DNA of 64,000 nt. Source: Paraphysomonas bandaiensis (taxonomy: Eukaryota; Protista; Chrysophyceae). Below, piece after piece: positions 49,066 to 60,818 of the stretch; position 1 is the first letter of the stretch, and the number at the start of each line of letters is the position of its first letter. The DNA is taken from positions 62,001-126,000 of the forward strand of contig CBFFRP010000153.1 of NCBI GenBank assembly GCA_965644295.1. The letters run 5' to 3'. Made by a program: the position numbers and the translations under genes. The notes beneath the pieces are model-generated. The model made no database searches. It was not told the origin of the DNA and worked only from the letters and a program-made list of their open reading frames with translations.

Positions 49066-50212
49066 GTAGTGACTGTCTGATATTAGCAATTGGCGTGCAA
49101 GAGTCAGAACTAATGTAGCAAAACAATTTAACTAAAACTACTAGTGCTTAACTCTGATATCCTACTATTTAACGCTATGAAAGCTGCTTTGCTCTGCTAA
49201 CTTCAGGATTTTGTGTCTTTAAGGTAAGCAGCCCGGATGGTTGACTATATACCCCGGATGCCCTTGAGGTGGGCCCATTCCCGGATGCCAATTTATTTGT
49301 CAGGTCCCGAAGACGTCTACACAAGTGACACTTATTAACGCCCCTTGTTGTCACAGAAGCATTTGTTGGCTATAATGAGTGGGCAGAACAATATCTGCTG
49401 GCTATATATATTATGCGGCTCACGTTTGTTTCCCGGAGAAATATCCGGACGGGGACTATTACTGAGGCCCAACTGGAAAATGTGTTTGGGGCGCAATACA
49501 ACTGTGCTTTAAACTCGCGAGGACTTCGTACTCTAGAAATAGCAGTTGTCAACAATCTTCACGCTGAAGCCAAAACACTGTTTCAAGACCGTAGTCGTCG
49601 CTACGCTTCCACACCCAACGGACCGCATATAGACTCTCCCCCCCAGAACATGTCAGAAATGCAGCAACACACGATTGAAACGTAGAAACACACGTCGTAA
49701 ACCGCTGGTTCTTCGCTAACTACAGGTGTAACGAAGAGACCTAGGTCATCCCACACGTCTATACCTCTTTCACAATCTGCACAAGTGGAAACGCCAAGGT
49801 GCAGCCTTCGCCATATCCAGACACGATGGCGTCCCCAATCCACCCCCTCGTCCATGTTTCTCAGGCTAGGTACACTCGACACTCAACTCACTAATTTCGA
49901 GTCCTGTGTCTCCACAAAGTTCTACAGCAAGAGACGCCCCCCTGACTGACCACATCTGCACTTTTAGGACTCACGTCCATAGGGACCTTCTCCATCACAT
50001 ACAAGAACAGAAGTGGTCACACCTTGGTGCTTTCGGCGACGCACAAGCAGCTTTCGTAGCGTTATATTATAGTACGGTATGAGAATTTGTACTAGTTATA
50101 GTAAGTTAGTAACAGGTAGAAGTCTATCTAGCTTGATTAGTTTTCATCTAGCTACTTATCTGGTGCTGATTCACGACGCCTATTTCTAATAACAAGACGT
50201 TCATATATGTAG
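49066..50212 (+). mobile_element. Composite inverted-arm element, copy 4 (long arm 49066-~49448, ORF-tail insert, inverted short arm ~50006-50212)
   Basis: Same architecture as copy 3. The insert encodes TGTITEAQLENVFGAQYNCAL. Confidence 0.85.
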
Positions 50213-50443
50213 TACGTAGTACATATTATGTGCCCATTCAGAAAAAGTCAAAGGTTGATATACCTATGCGCAATTGGACTACAAATAACTGCCCTAGGAT
50301 ATGAATAGTATTGATTGGTGATAACGTATAAGTTATAGTGAAGAAAGCACGTTGAATATAAAGGATCTACTGAACGTAAGTGAGCGTAAACCCTGCGAAT
50401 TATCTACTATTTTCAATTGGGCAGAGTTTTAGATATACTCTTT

Positions 50444-51503
50444 TCATCCACACACGGTTTTCCATATATTGCTAGCTGAAGAAATATTCAATCCGTAATT
50501 TAAAAGTAATTGCTCGTGAATTCGAATAGCTTGATTGTACAAAATTCTCTCGGAGCGACATCTCTCATGTAACACACGTAACGTATCTAGAGAGAAAAGT
50601 TTCTCAGGAGCAGGCCTTGTGGTAGAATTAAATATACTTAAGTACTTCTTCTCTACATTATGCGTAACGTGCCGATTACAAGTACTTGATATTTTCATAC
50701 GGAGGTCTAGTGCCAGAAGGACAAACATTGAAGGCATATTCTCAGAAATACCGACAACTGCAATGTCTCTGTTCAAATTCACTAAAGCTCTAGATAGAGT
50801 GACTGGTGTGTTTCGAAACGGTCGTATCATTGTTCGGCTCATTACTGTCTCGTACTCATTGAGCAACAGATTAGGGTCTGTAGAATAGTGTGTCACGGTA
50901 TCCAAGAGAAAATTCATTTCTTCTGTAAAGAATTTGATATTCCTGAGTACACAGAAAGGTGACAATACTATACAAACTCACCAGCAGATATATTTTTAGG
51001 ATCTGAGACTAGCTTGTCAATCCCCATCCACGCGCTTGATTCTTGAATTCGATCTTTAACGTCATATATCAATTTCTTAAAGAATTCATGAAAAAAATAC
51101 AACTGTGATATGAGTTTCTCAACTGGGTCGCGAAACAGAGCAACCAACACAACTCCGCATTGATCTGGTGGGAATATGAAGTGAATGTCATATACATATC
51201 GTACCACGCTTTACAACCTGGATGCAAACAGTGCCGTAGTATACCATCTTTTCCATGTTGAATGTACTGATTTAACACAGGGTGGGTGAACGGGTCTTCT
51301 CCACAAGATGACGCGTTCCACCATTTATAATATGATTTTTTCGGAAACGAATCCCTCAACAACTTTGCAACAGACGACGATGCAACTTTATGAAATTTCA
51401 GAAATACAGGCATTGGGGTACATTCCAACTGAGAGACAACAGCAGAGGATAGAAACCCGCAGACGACAAAACACAGTTGAAAAATATAACCTGGCATCCG
51501 CAT
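50444..51503 (-). CDS. Golgi-type sulfotransferase (Gal-3-O-ST / Sulfotransfer_2-like), 2 introns
   Basis: N-terminal anchor; 5'-PSB motif VFLKFHKVASSSV; 3'-PB motif LFRDPVEKLISQLYF; VVGISE. Confidence 0.8.
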
Positions 51504-51904
51504 AGTTAGTATGATGAATGTAGGGAAGGAGTCTTAGGATGACCTGATCTCACGCTTGAATATCCATATCGGATATCGTACACTTCATCCGGTTCATTCA
51601 AGACTCTTTCACAGCTCTAGAGCTGCACCATGGTGCAGGCTTGAAACAGTCCACACTATAATACACCGTATACCATTGGTATACCCATATACGGTAGACT
51701 GAATGGAGACAAAAAGCAAGTGGGTATGCGGTACACCAGAGAGAATGAACACTCCACTCCACTCCAGCACCGCATATGGTACAATAAGAGCCAACTTAAC
51801 TTATTTATACTGTATCTGTACGATCTTTAATTTATCTGCGTATGTCTGTAGCCAGGATTGAATTTCAAGGCAGATACTCGAAAGATTAAGTCTTGTTCAC
51901 TGAT

Positions 51905-53509
51905 ATGGTATGGTTTGGGAGGGTGTTGGACAGCACCAGTGCAGTGCCTGGACAGAGGCAAGCTGGAGCGAAGTTCGCCCTTCTTGTGCTGACTACGATC
52001 AATTTATTAAATTTTGCAGATAGATATGTCACATCTGCTGTGAAGGAATTAATTAAGAGTGACTTACAGTTGTCGGATGCTGAAACAGCATTACCTACCA
52101 CTGGAATGGTTGTGGTGTATGTCATTTCGGCATGTGTATTCGGAGTTATTGGGGATATGCAGTTAGTAGACAGGAGGTTTATTCTTGCCGTCGCGATTGC
52201 ATTTTGGTCGCTGGCGACTGCTTCGGCAGGGCTTGCTCAAAATTTGGAACAGCTTGTTATATTGCGGTCTCTTGTGGGGGTCGGAGAAGCTGCGTATTCT
52301 ACCATAGCCCCACCGATGATATCCGATTTTTTCCCATCCCGTGATCGTAACATTGCATATAGTATATATTTCCTTGCTATGCCAGTCGGGGGTGCTGTTG
52401 GATTCGGTGTGGGAGCAGTGTTGGGATCAGCCTTTGGCTGGCGCATTGCTCTTTTAGGTGTGGGACTCCCCGGTGTAGTGGCATCAGTGTGTGTGTTGAT
52501 GTGTAATAACCCTGCGCATGGATTGAATGACATTGAATACCTGAATGCCTCTCACAAAGTCCATGGAGTGGAGATTGGTACCCCTAGCGTGTTCTTTGGA
52601 GATATTAAGGAGGGATATGTAAATATGATTTCTACCCCTGATGATGGTTTCGACGGGGAACTTAGCAGCCACTTTCCCCTTCACTCCCAAAATGGTCCAG
52701 CTACAGGAGCAACTCAGTTTCCTCCCCCTAACACAGAGTTAACACGTTCACCGAGATTAAGTTGGTATTACCTTAAAAGAGATGTAACAGAGATATGCCT
52801 AAACAAACTATATGTTACGGCAACTGCTGGTACAGTGGCGAATACATTTGCAGTCGGTGGGCTGGCAGAATGGTTTCCAGCTTACATGACTCGTTTTCAT
52901 GATGTTAGCGTGGGGGAATCAGGACTGGTAGTAGGCATCGCAACAATACTTGGAGGCATTGGTGGATGTATTATTGGAGCAAAAACATCGCAGTATTTAG
53001 ATGGAAAAGTGAAGAGCGCATATTTTAGTGTGCCAGCGGCATACACCGTACCATCGGCCATCTTCCTGTTCCTGTTGCTTAATGCGTCTCCCGAACACAT
53101 GGTCTATTTAGCGTACGCCTTCCTCTTCCTCGCTGAAGTATTTGTGTGGACAAATATGGCGCCAATATCTACAATCGCTATATCATCGATTCATCCGAAA
53201 TTACGGGCCACTTCTTGTGGTCTTTCCATTGTCCTTCAGCACGTCTTGGGCGATATGATATCTCCCCTGATAATAGGAGGAATATCGGACACAACTGGTT
53301 CACTACGTACTGGTCTGCAAGTGTGTTGGATAATGACTCTTGTGTCGGGTGCATTCTGGTGGGCCGGGTACAGATTTTTACCCGCTCTTCGTATGCATTC
53401 AAAACCGAGAACAGTTAGTCAATCGGAGTATTTCGAACGACAGACAACATTTAGAGATATCTTATTTGCAGATGATGCTGAGTTTTGGAAGCCTTGTGCC
53501 ATCACGTAG
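51905..53509 (+). CDS. Spinster-family MFS transporter
   Basis: INLLNFADRY, FWSLAT, RSLVGVGEAAYSTIAPPMISDFFP, HVLGDMISPLIIGGISD; ~12 TM; intronless. Confidence 0.92.
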   Translation: MVWFGRVLDSTSAVPGQRQAGAKFALLVLTTINLLNFADRYVTSAVKELIKSDLQLSDAETALPTTGMVVVYVISACVFGVIGDMQLVDRRFILAVAIAFWSLATASAGLAQNLEQLVILRSLVGVGEAAYSTIAPPMISDFFPSRDRNIAYSIYFLAMPVGGAVGFGVGAVLGSAFGWRIALLGVGLPGVVASVCVLMCNNPAHGLNDIEYLNASHKVHGVEIGTPSVFFGDIKEGYVNMISTPDDGFDGELSSHFPLHSQNGPATGATQFPPPNTELTRSPRLSWYYLKRDVTEICLNKLYVTATAGTVANTFAVGGLAEWFPAYMTRFHDVSVGESGLVVGIATILGGIGGCIIGAKTSQYLDGKVKSAYFSVPAAYTVPSAIFLFLLLNASPEHMVYLAYAFLFLAEVFVWTNMAPISTIAISSIHPKLRATSCGLSIVLQHVLGDMISPLIIGGISDTTGSLRTGLQVCWIMTLVSGAFWWAGYRFLPALRMHSKPRTVSQSEYFERQTTFRDILFADDAEFWKPCAIT

Positions 53510-54321
53510 TTGTCAGTAAATATTGCGAATTTGTATATATTCACGTTCACAAAATATATAAGTTATCGTTCGATAAGTATGTAATATAAATAGAGTTGAC
53601 ACAAGCAGAACAGTTGCTGTGCTTTTAATTTAATTGCATATTTTGGCTTCACATACAGTATATAATATATGTAATCGAAGCGACTACGTGAAACGTTGAT
53701 ACAGTGACACAGCAAAATGGATGATTTATGAAACTATTATGGTACAAGGATGAAGTAGTGCAAGTCAGGGACTGGTAACCATTAATGGTAGTGGCATTAA
53801 TGGCCATTATAATTGCCGGGACTTTTTTAATTAATGCTATTATAATTGCCGGTAACCGGACTACCATTGATGACATGTGTCACGCATACCTGTAGTTACT
53901 GTTATACGTGGAGTTATACGGTGTTATACTGCGGTACTCTAGGTAGCATGCTGTTGTACTTTCATTTTCAGTTTATTTAGTATACATTGCGGTTACTGTA
54001 TTCTTGAAGGGATATAAGTCCCGTATATGTACAAGTATGATACTGTAAACTGTAGATGATTCACAGCAAGATAGAGTGTTGTATGATTTCACTTTCTTTC
54101 TTTACACGTTTTAACGTAATTTAATTCATTCTATACTCGCGGTTTGCTTGTGTTAGGAGGCAGTTTCACCGGTTTGGTGTTCTGGACAGTGTATTCTCGG
54201 TTTGGGAAGCACTTTAAATTAATAAAACGTTGTAAACACGGTCTTTCTCATCAGAAAGATTACAGTATTAATACTTTAGTCGGATAGAAAGAAACATTGT
54301 TTATTTATATTATTGTCGACT

Positions 54322-54960
54322 ATGAGTTCGGAAGAAGAGGTTTCAAAGATTATGGAGTTCCTTCAGCAGCGGTTTGCTGAACAAAATGAACAGTTTGCTC
54401 AACAAAAGCAGCGGTTTGCTGAACAACAAGAGCAGCTGAACAAGCGTTTTGAGTCCATCGATCTTCATTTCGAAATGTTCGAACAAAGATTGCAGCAGTT
54501 GGAGTCTCGACGTTCCTCAAGACGAGCGATTCCAGCTAATTCAGATCTACTTCAGAACAGAACCGATGAGAACTGTATTGTGCAGAATGTTGTCAATGAT
54601 ATGTTGGAATTTGTTGAGCAGCAGGACGTTCAGTCAGAGTCATTCGAGGCTGAGATTTTTGTTGATAATTCTCAAGTTGTTATGCAGCATGTTGCCATTG
54701 ATCCTGAAATGGTAATTCCAAATTCCTTTGGAAAAGAGACTACTGCCAATGATGCTACAGATGTAATCGAGCGCATGTCAGTCGTACCTTTTTCAGTGTT
54801 CAATTATTCGGTGTTTGAATATTCCTTGTTTATGCTGATAAAGCAAGATGCAGCTTGTTACGTTTTTCAGTTTCTTACGTTGAACAAGAGTTTGAGTTTA
54901 TTGCTTTCAAATCTTGTGTTTATTGCGGAGCATGGGCCAGGGCCGCCATTAATTCAGTAA
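54322..54960 (+). CDS. Coiled-coil ORF in the Gag position of the Gypsy element
   Basis: ATG 57 bp after the 5' LTR; heptad repeats QRFAEQNEQFAQQKQRFAEQQEQL; no recognised capsid motif. Confidence 0.55.
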   Translation: MSSEEEVSKIMEFLQQRFAEQNEQFAQQKQRFAEQQEQLNKRFESIDLHFEMFEQRLQQLESRRSSRRAIPANSDLLQNRTDENCIVQNVVNDMLEFVEQQDVQSESFEAEIFVDNSQVVMQHVAIDPEMVIPNSFGKETTANDATDVIERMSVVPFSVFNYSVFEYSLFMLIKQDAACYVFQFLTLNKSLSLLLSNLVFIAEHGPGPPLIQ

Positions 54961-57139
54961 GTTCAATTCCAAATCCAGCAAGTGTCTTTTGTTTCAAAGT
55001 TCATCTTATTATTTATGATGATGCAATATTTATCATGGTTTTATTCATTTTATTTCGGAATGGATTGAGGTTGTTGTGAGCCTTACCGTTGTGATAGGAG
55101 TTACAATATGAGAGTTCTGAGTTTTTGAGAAGTGTGATCCATATTCAATAATGTCTAGTTAAAATTATGCTCAATAGTCCTGTGTGATACTGACTACTAC
55201 GAGAGAATAATTCGGTTTTAAGTTCAATGTATAAGAATGGGTTTCAGTGAATTTATCAAGTTTCAATGAATGACAGTATTGTCTGAGATTGGTAAAAAGT
55301 CTGCAAAGAGTTGTTCAATATCAATGGTATGGTTTCAACATCAATGGCAAGCAATTATTGTTATAGTTTTGCAAGGGTCATGTATGGTTTGGATAAGTTT
55401 TGCAATACTATATGATTCATATACGAAAGTATAATTTCAGAGGAAGTAAACAGTTTTTTAATGAACGCGATTGCCTCTATGTGAACAGAATGTAAATTTT
55501 GATGTTGTAATTTCAGTATGAGGAAAGTATATTTGGAGCAATATGTTTTCAGTGTGCTTTGCATTTTGTATTAAAGAGAATGAATGGACACAGGAAGGAG
55601 TTTGAGATATTCATTGTCTTGTTGATGGTTATAAAATGGTTACTCAGTTTTTTTTTTTGGATCTGCAATGGGATTGAATTTGAATATATGGTATCCATAA
55701 ATGCAACGAATTAACTTGTCTAAATTCATGGTTAGTTGTTGAATGAAAGTTGTTCGAAATTGAAGTTTCTGTTACGTTGAAGTGAATATGGTTCAGTGAT
55801 ACAACATGTCAATGAAATTTTGAAAACTTTGTCGCTGGTATTTTTCAATTGTTCGACTGTATTATGCATCGGGTATGAGATCGATGGTTAAGTGTCAATG
55901 ATATTTGGAGGTATGGTGTTGATAATACTATTGCATGCGAAAGAATTATATATGCTAGTGATGGTTAACTTCGAGACTAAAAATGGGAGTTATTACTTTG
56001 CGAGCTTGTTGTTATTTCAGTTGATATTTCTATTGTTGGATTCTTTTCAATGAGATTGCGTTGAGTGGATCATTCTATTGTTTACAATATTATAATGTTG
56101 TATCTGAGGGAAATCGTTACGTATGGTTACTGAAATATAAGACCAGTGCACTATGTTCGTATATATTCAGAATGAGATGAATGATGTTTTGATTGGGGTG
56201 GTTATTGATTGGTCCGGTGATATTTTCATTAATCAAATATTGTTTCGTTCTAAAATCGAGAGGATGAATTACAATTATTGTACAAAATAAGATATGTCAA
56301 AGTAGAGTTTGGTGCACAAATACATGGATGATGGTGGTTGATTACTTTCAGATTCAGTTGTCAAAATGGGTTGTAAGACACTTACGGTTTCCAGTTGTGT
56401 GTGTCTCTTCTTGCAAAAGGGTGGTACGAGAGATTTGAGTTAATATTATGGATTCAAATTCGGAATAGTGGATTAATTAAGTTTCTTTGTGAACTCGCTT
56501 CTATTGTTTATGATGAATGAAATAAGAGTTTTACAACGTTGTTGTAGTATGTCTGGGTACAACAAGGTTTAAGCTAAGACTTGCTCAACTTGGCTGTTGC
56601 GAGTATTTGGTGGAGTGTTATTCAGTCCTAAGGTTAGTGTCTCTCTGATTCACTTCGGACTTGTATTCACGGAAATTCAATTGTGTCTAATGGCGGGTGA
56701 AATGAACAAGTGTTTGAGTTGAAGCGTATTTCCTACAATTGAATTGCGTGAAGTTTATGATGATCAAATACTTGTGGTTAATGTCATTGAGTGCGGAATC
56801 TATTTACATGACCATTAGTGGCTCTACGTAATTCTCATTTGGTTATATTGGATATATAAGGCAAAGGTTAATCCAAAATCTTATGAGCATTTGAGAATTC
56901 AGTATCTTTTAATTTCACTGTGGTATTCTATTTAACTACAAGTGAATTCTGTAGTTGATGCGAGGATGCAATTTGTCATGTTAAGTTTTTCCCGACTGGA
57001 ACTACAGAGATTGATGTTAAGGCGTTATCCGAGGGCTTATCTTGCTATTGTGTGGATGGGATTAGTTTTTGAATCTACTGCTATTATTGGTCTTCGTGAG
57101 TGCTGGGTTCTATGAGGAGTTTCTATTGAAGTGGTTTGA

Positions 57140-58292
57140 AGTTCGATTTCGAGTGTCATTAACTAATCGTCATGAGTCTAATATGGTCGAGCGATCTCAT
57201 CGAGAGCTGTTGTGATTTCTACAGGGTTTAGTCCACGATGAGAGGTTGCAAGATTCATGGGGGGACATTGAGTGTTACATGTTGATTCAGTTCATTTTGA
57301 ATGATGAAGTCAGTAGTGAGACTGGACTCTCTCCTTTTCAATATGTGTTTGGTACCGTTGATATTCCATATTTTCGTTTGGGTGAACTGACTATGGATGA
57401 ATCTTCTGCTGCGGGTTATGTGTCTATTTTGAATGAGAACTTACAGAAGATTCGAGCGGTTGCCATGGATGTTCAGCGCAAGATCCAAGACAAGCGCAAG
57501 TCTGCCACGCCTGCACATACTTTGAACGAATATCAGCCTGGTGATTTAGTTTTGTTGCGGCTGGATCCAACTCAGCACAAGCCCAATAAATTATACCCTC
57601 GTTTCAAAGGTCCTTACGAAGTGGTATCCACGTATAAGGCTGATGTCACATGCATGCATGTTGTGATGCGTTTTGAAGTTGTGTAGCACATGTCATGGCT
57701 CAAACCGTTCTTTGGTACGCCTGAGCAGGCATATCGTGTTGCGCAAATTGATTTTAACCAGTATACTGTGGTTGCTGTGATTGCATACCGAGGAGATCCG
57801 GAGGTTCGTTCTCGAATGGAATTCCAAGTTCAGTTTGAGGATGGTTCGTTATTATGGCTTCCATGGTCACAGGATATTGCTTCCACCTCGCAATTTCAGT
57901 CGTTCTGTGAGCAGAAACCTCAATTGTTCCCTCTGTTGTTTTCTGCTGCTATGGCAAAATCTGAACGTGCACGTTTGAAACGTATACCTATCGAAGGGGT
58001 GTCACCTGGTCAAACAATTTATGTAGATTTGCGTGCATGGGGTTCAGATTTCTATGATGAACTTAATCTGCCGAATTGTTATACAACGATGTATGTTGTC
58101 GAATGTTCTTATGTGCGGTGGGTTGGCCGTCGCCAGTTACGTATAGACCTCTATTGCCCTTTGTTTCAATCTACATATGAATGGAGTGCCTATGACGTTC
58201 ACTGCTATGGTCGAGTCACGGAATTTGATCCTTCTACTAAGGTATTGGTGGATGCTGCATTCTGCCAACAATATCCTACTATTCTTCTCTAA
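57140..58292 (+). pseudogene. Gypsy integrase C-terminal half + chromodomain, with stops
   Basis: HESNMVERSHRELL*, TGLSPFQYVFG, YQPGDLVLL..KLYPRFKGPYEV (GPY/F), stop at 57684-86, then chromodomain YTVVAVIAYRGDP..MEFQVQFEDGSLLWLPW. Confidence 0.85.
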
Positions 58293-58953
58293 TTGTTGAT
58301 TACTTTTATTTATTTAATATTTATTTCATGATTATATCACATATATATATTATAACATTCATACTATTATTCATACTTATTATTATATAATATTGCTCTA
58401 CGTATGTTTATTACTTTTATTTCATGAATTGGATATTTATTTGCTAATGCTTGGAATGACGCTATATTGGCTGATACAAGTGTTACTTCTATCTATCCCA
58501 GATATGTATTCCTATTTCTTTTCTCTAGCTGGAGGGAGAAGGGGTAGTGTCACGCATACCTGTAGTTACTGTTATACGTGGAGTTATACGGTGTTATACT
58601 GCGGTACTCTAGGTAGCATGCTGTTGTACTTTCATTTTCAGTTTATTTAGTATACATTGCGGTTACTGTATTCTTGAAGGGATATAAGTCCCGTATATGT
58701 ACAAGTATGATACTGTAAACTGTAGATGATTCACAGCAAGATAGAGTGTTGTATGATTTCACTTTCTTTCTTTACACGTTTTAACGTAATTTAATTCATT
58801 CTATACTCGCGGTTTGCTTGTGTTAGGAGGCAGTTTCACCGGTTTGGTGTTCTGGACAGTGTATTCTCGGTTTGGGAAGCACTTTAAATTAATAAAACGT
58901 TGTAAACACGGTCTTTCTCATCAGAAAGATTACACATGTACTGCTATATATTG

Positions 58954-60540
58954 CAGGGCTAGGAAACGATATATTGAATTGCAATACATTGTACAATATA
59001 TTGATTGGCCGACCGGCCAAAAATCCCATCAATATTGTTTCTGTTCAAGTGGCTCACAATATATTGCAATCAATATTACGATACGAGATGTGGGAACTCG
59101 CTGTAGAGAAGAGAAAGGGTAAAAATCATGAAAAAAATCGTGAAAAAGTGTCTTTTATGTTTAATTCCATAACTTTTTCATTTCAGCAATCGAGGTAGCC
59201 AGACGTAATAATGCACAACACATATGCCACTCTGGGACTTCAAAAAGGCCTTTGACTCCATTACACCTACTCTAATGAGACTAGCATGGGCACGGCTCGG
59301 AGTTCCCGATGCTGTGGTTGAATGGTTTGGTGACTTAGACGCTGGGGGCCTCACATTCCCATGGACACCGTTCATGGCGAATAACATCGAGCCACGTTCG
59401 CTGGCAGACCATTTAGCTACCGACGGACACTTCCTTGCACAATTCGTACTGGGAGTTGAGGCCGCGAGAGGTATCACACAGGGGGGCACCGAATCCACAT
59501 CCTTCTTACATGGCTAGACCTAGATCTTAGAGCAATCTGTCTTACACCAGCACCGCTACTCCTACCGACCCCGAACTCAGGGAAAAAAGTCTCCTTCGCG
59601 GATGACATCACCACCATAGATACGTCTATCACTCAGGCCCAGGAAGAGACAACTGAACGATGAATGCATACAAAAGTAGAGATATCTACCGCTGTTTTTG
59701 GAGTCCGGTTGAAGGGGAACCAAACAAGCACGAATGCAAAGTCTGTGGGCGCATACGAGTGCAGAAGATATCGAATGGCTACAAAAACTTGAAGAACCAC
59801 ACATCGCCACATGTATTATGGTGAGTGGGAAGATTCCATGAAGAAGTATTTACGGGTGTTGTTTGCACCAATGGTACCATGGATGCTGTTGTTTTCCAAC
59901 CTTCGGACAAAGCAAAAGCATTTTTGAGTGGGTAGAGTTGTTAATGCTGATAATGTTTGCATTATTGTTGAGTTCTGCATTGGGGACAACTGCGCTACAA
60001 ACAGAAAGCTGGCAAACGATTCCGGTAATACCTTTGTTTGAGTGAAATCGTCGTCTGTTATAACTTTTCAATAGTATATAGGTGTGCCCCTAGTTGGATG
60101 TGCATCTCATCGACTTAACCTTGCGGTCAATGAACTCCTCGGTAGCAAAGAGAAGCGAAATAAGGAAGGAGTTGTGACAAGACCTGACCAAGGCATTAGA
60201 CCTCTCATTCAGCACGTAGACCTACTCATGGGGAACTGTAAGCAGCCTAATAATTAATTTTGGATGAATATGGTGATGTTGACGTCAGCGATGATGGCTC
60301 AGAGGATGAGAACGAGGTGGATTTTTATTAGCTATAAGTAGTTGTGGGTTTGGTTGCCATATGATCTTAATGACTAATACTAAAAATGGAATCTACAGAT
60401 GTGTTTACTTACTGATTAGTCATACTAATATATTGCAATATATTGTAATTGTATTGTTGAGCCTGTTCAAAATCTCCATCAATAGTACTGTTGGAACGCT
60501 ATCTAACAATAATATTGCAATATATTGTTTCCTAGCCCTG
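58954..60540 (+). mobile_element. hAT element with transposase remnant and nested LINE RT fragment
   Basis: TIRs cagggctaggaaac / gtttcctagccctg; subterminal regions homologous to 16642-17446. Transposase pieces VEFCIGDNCATNRKLA and GVPLVGCASHRLNLAV at ~59960-60240. TSD not matched. Confidence 0.85.
59185..59815 (+). pseudogene. Non-LTR (LINE-type) reverse transcriptase fragment
   Basis: WDFKKAFDS, AWARLGVP, RGITQG, then frameshifted VSFADDIT: LINE RT motifs 3-5. Confidence 0.8.
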
Positions 60541-60818
60541 AGATCAATACTAAATAATTGAAATAATTGAAATTGAGACAGCAAGTAATAATTGCAATTA
60601 TAATTGACTACAACCTTCGTCACTTAATTGACACGCAGCCCTGCTATTCCTATACAAGTAACAACCCTCACATGCACATGTGATCATGCTTAAGATATTA
60701 TTACTTCGAAATAACGACAGTGCAGGTACTATATATATATTATTTTGCTATACAATATATTGCACAGAAATTCAGTATAAAATGTTGGCAAATATATATA
60801 AATTATCATTGCTTGCCC

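Larger units (their letters stand above)
53878..58934 (+). mobile_element. Non-autonomous Ty3/Gypsy (chromodomain-bearing) LTR element
   Basis: 387-bp TG..CA LTRs 53878-54264 and 58548-58934, identical by eye; TSD CATG; PPT ggagggagaaggggtag; no PR/RT/RH detectable. Confidence 0.93.

Noticed and set aside
53766-53872. CAGGG-initiated stretch with cattaatgg/ttataattgccgg repeats, hAT-end-like
   Set aside because: No matching opposite TIR or TSD found.
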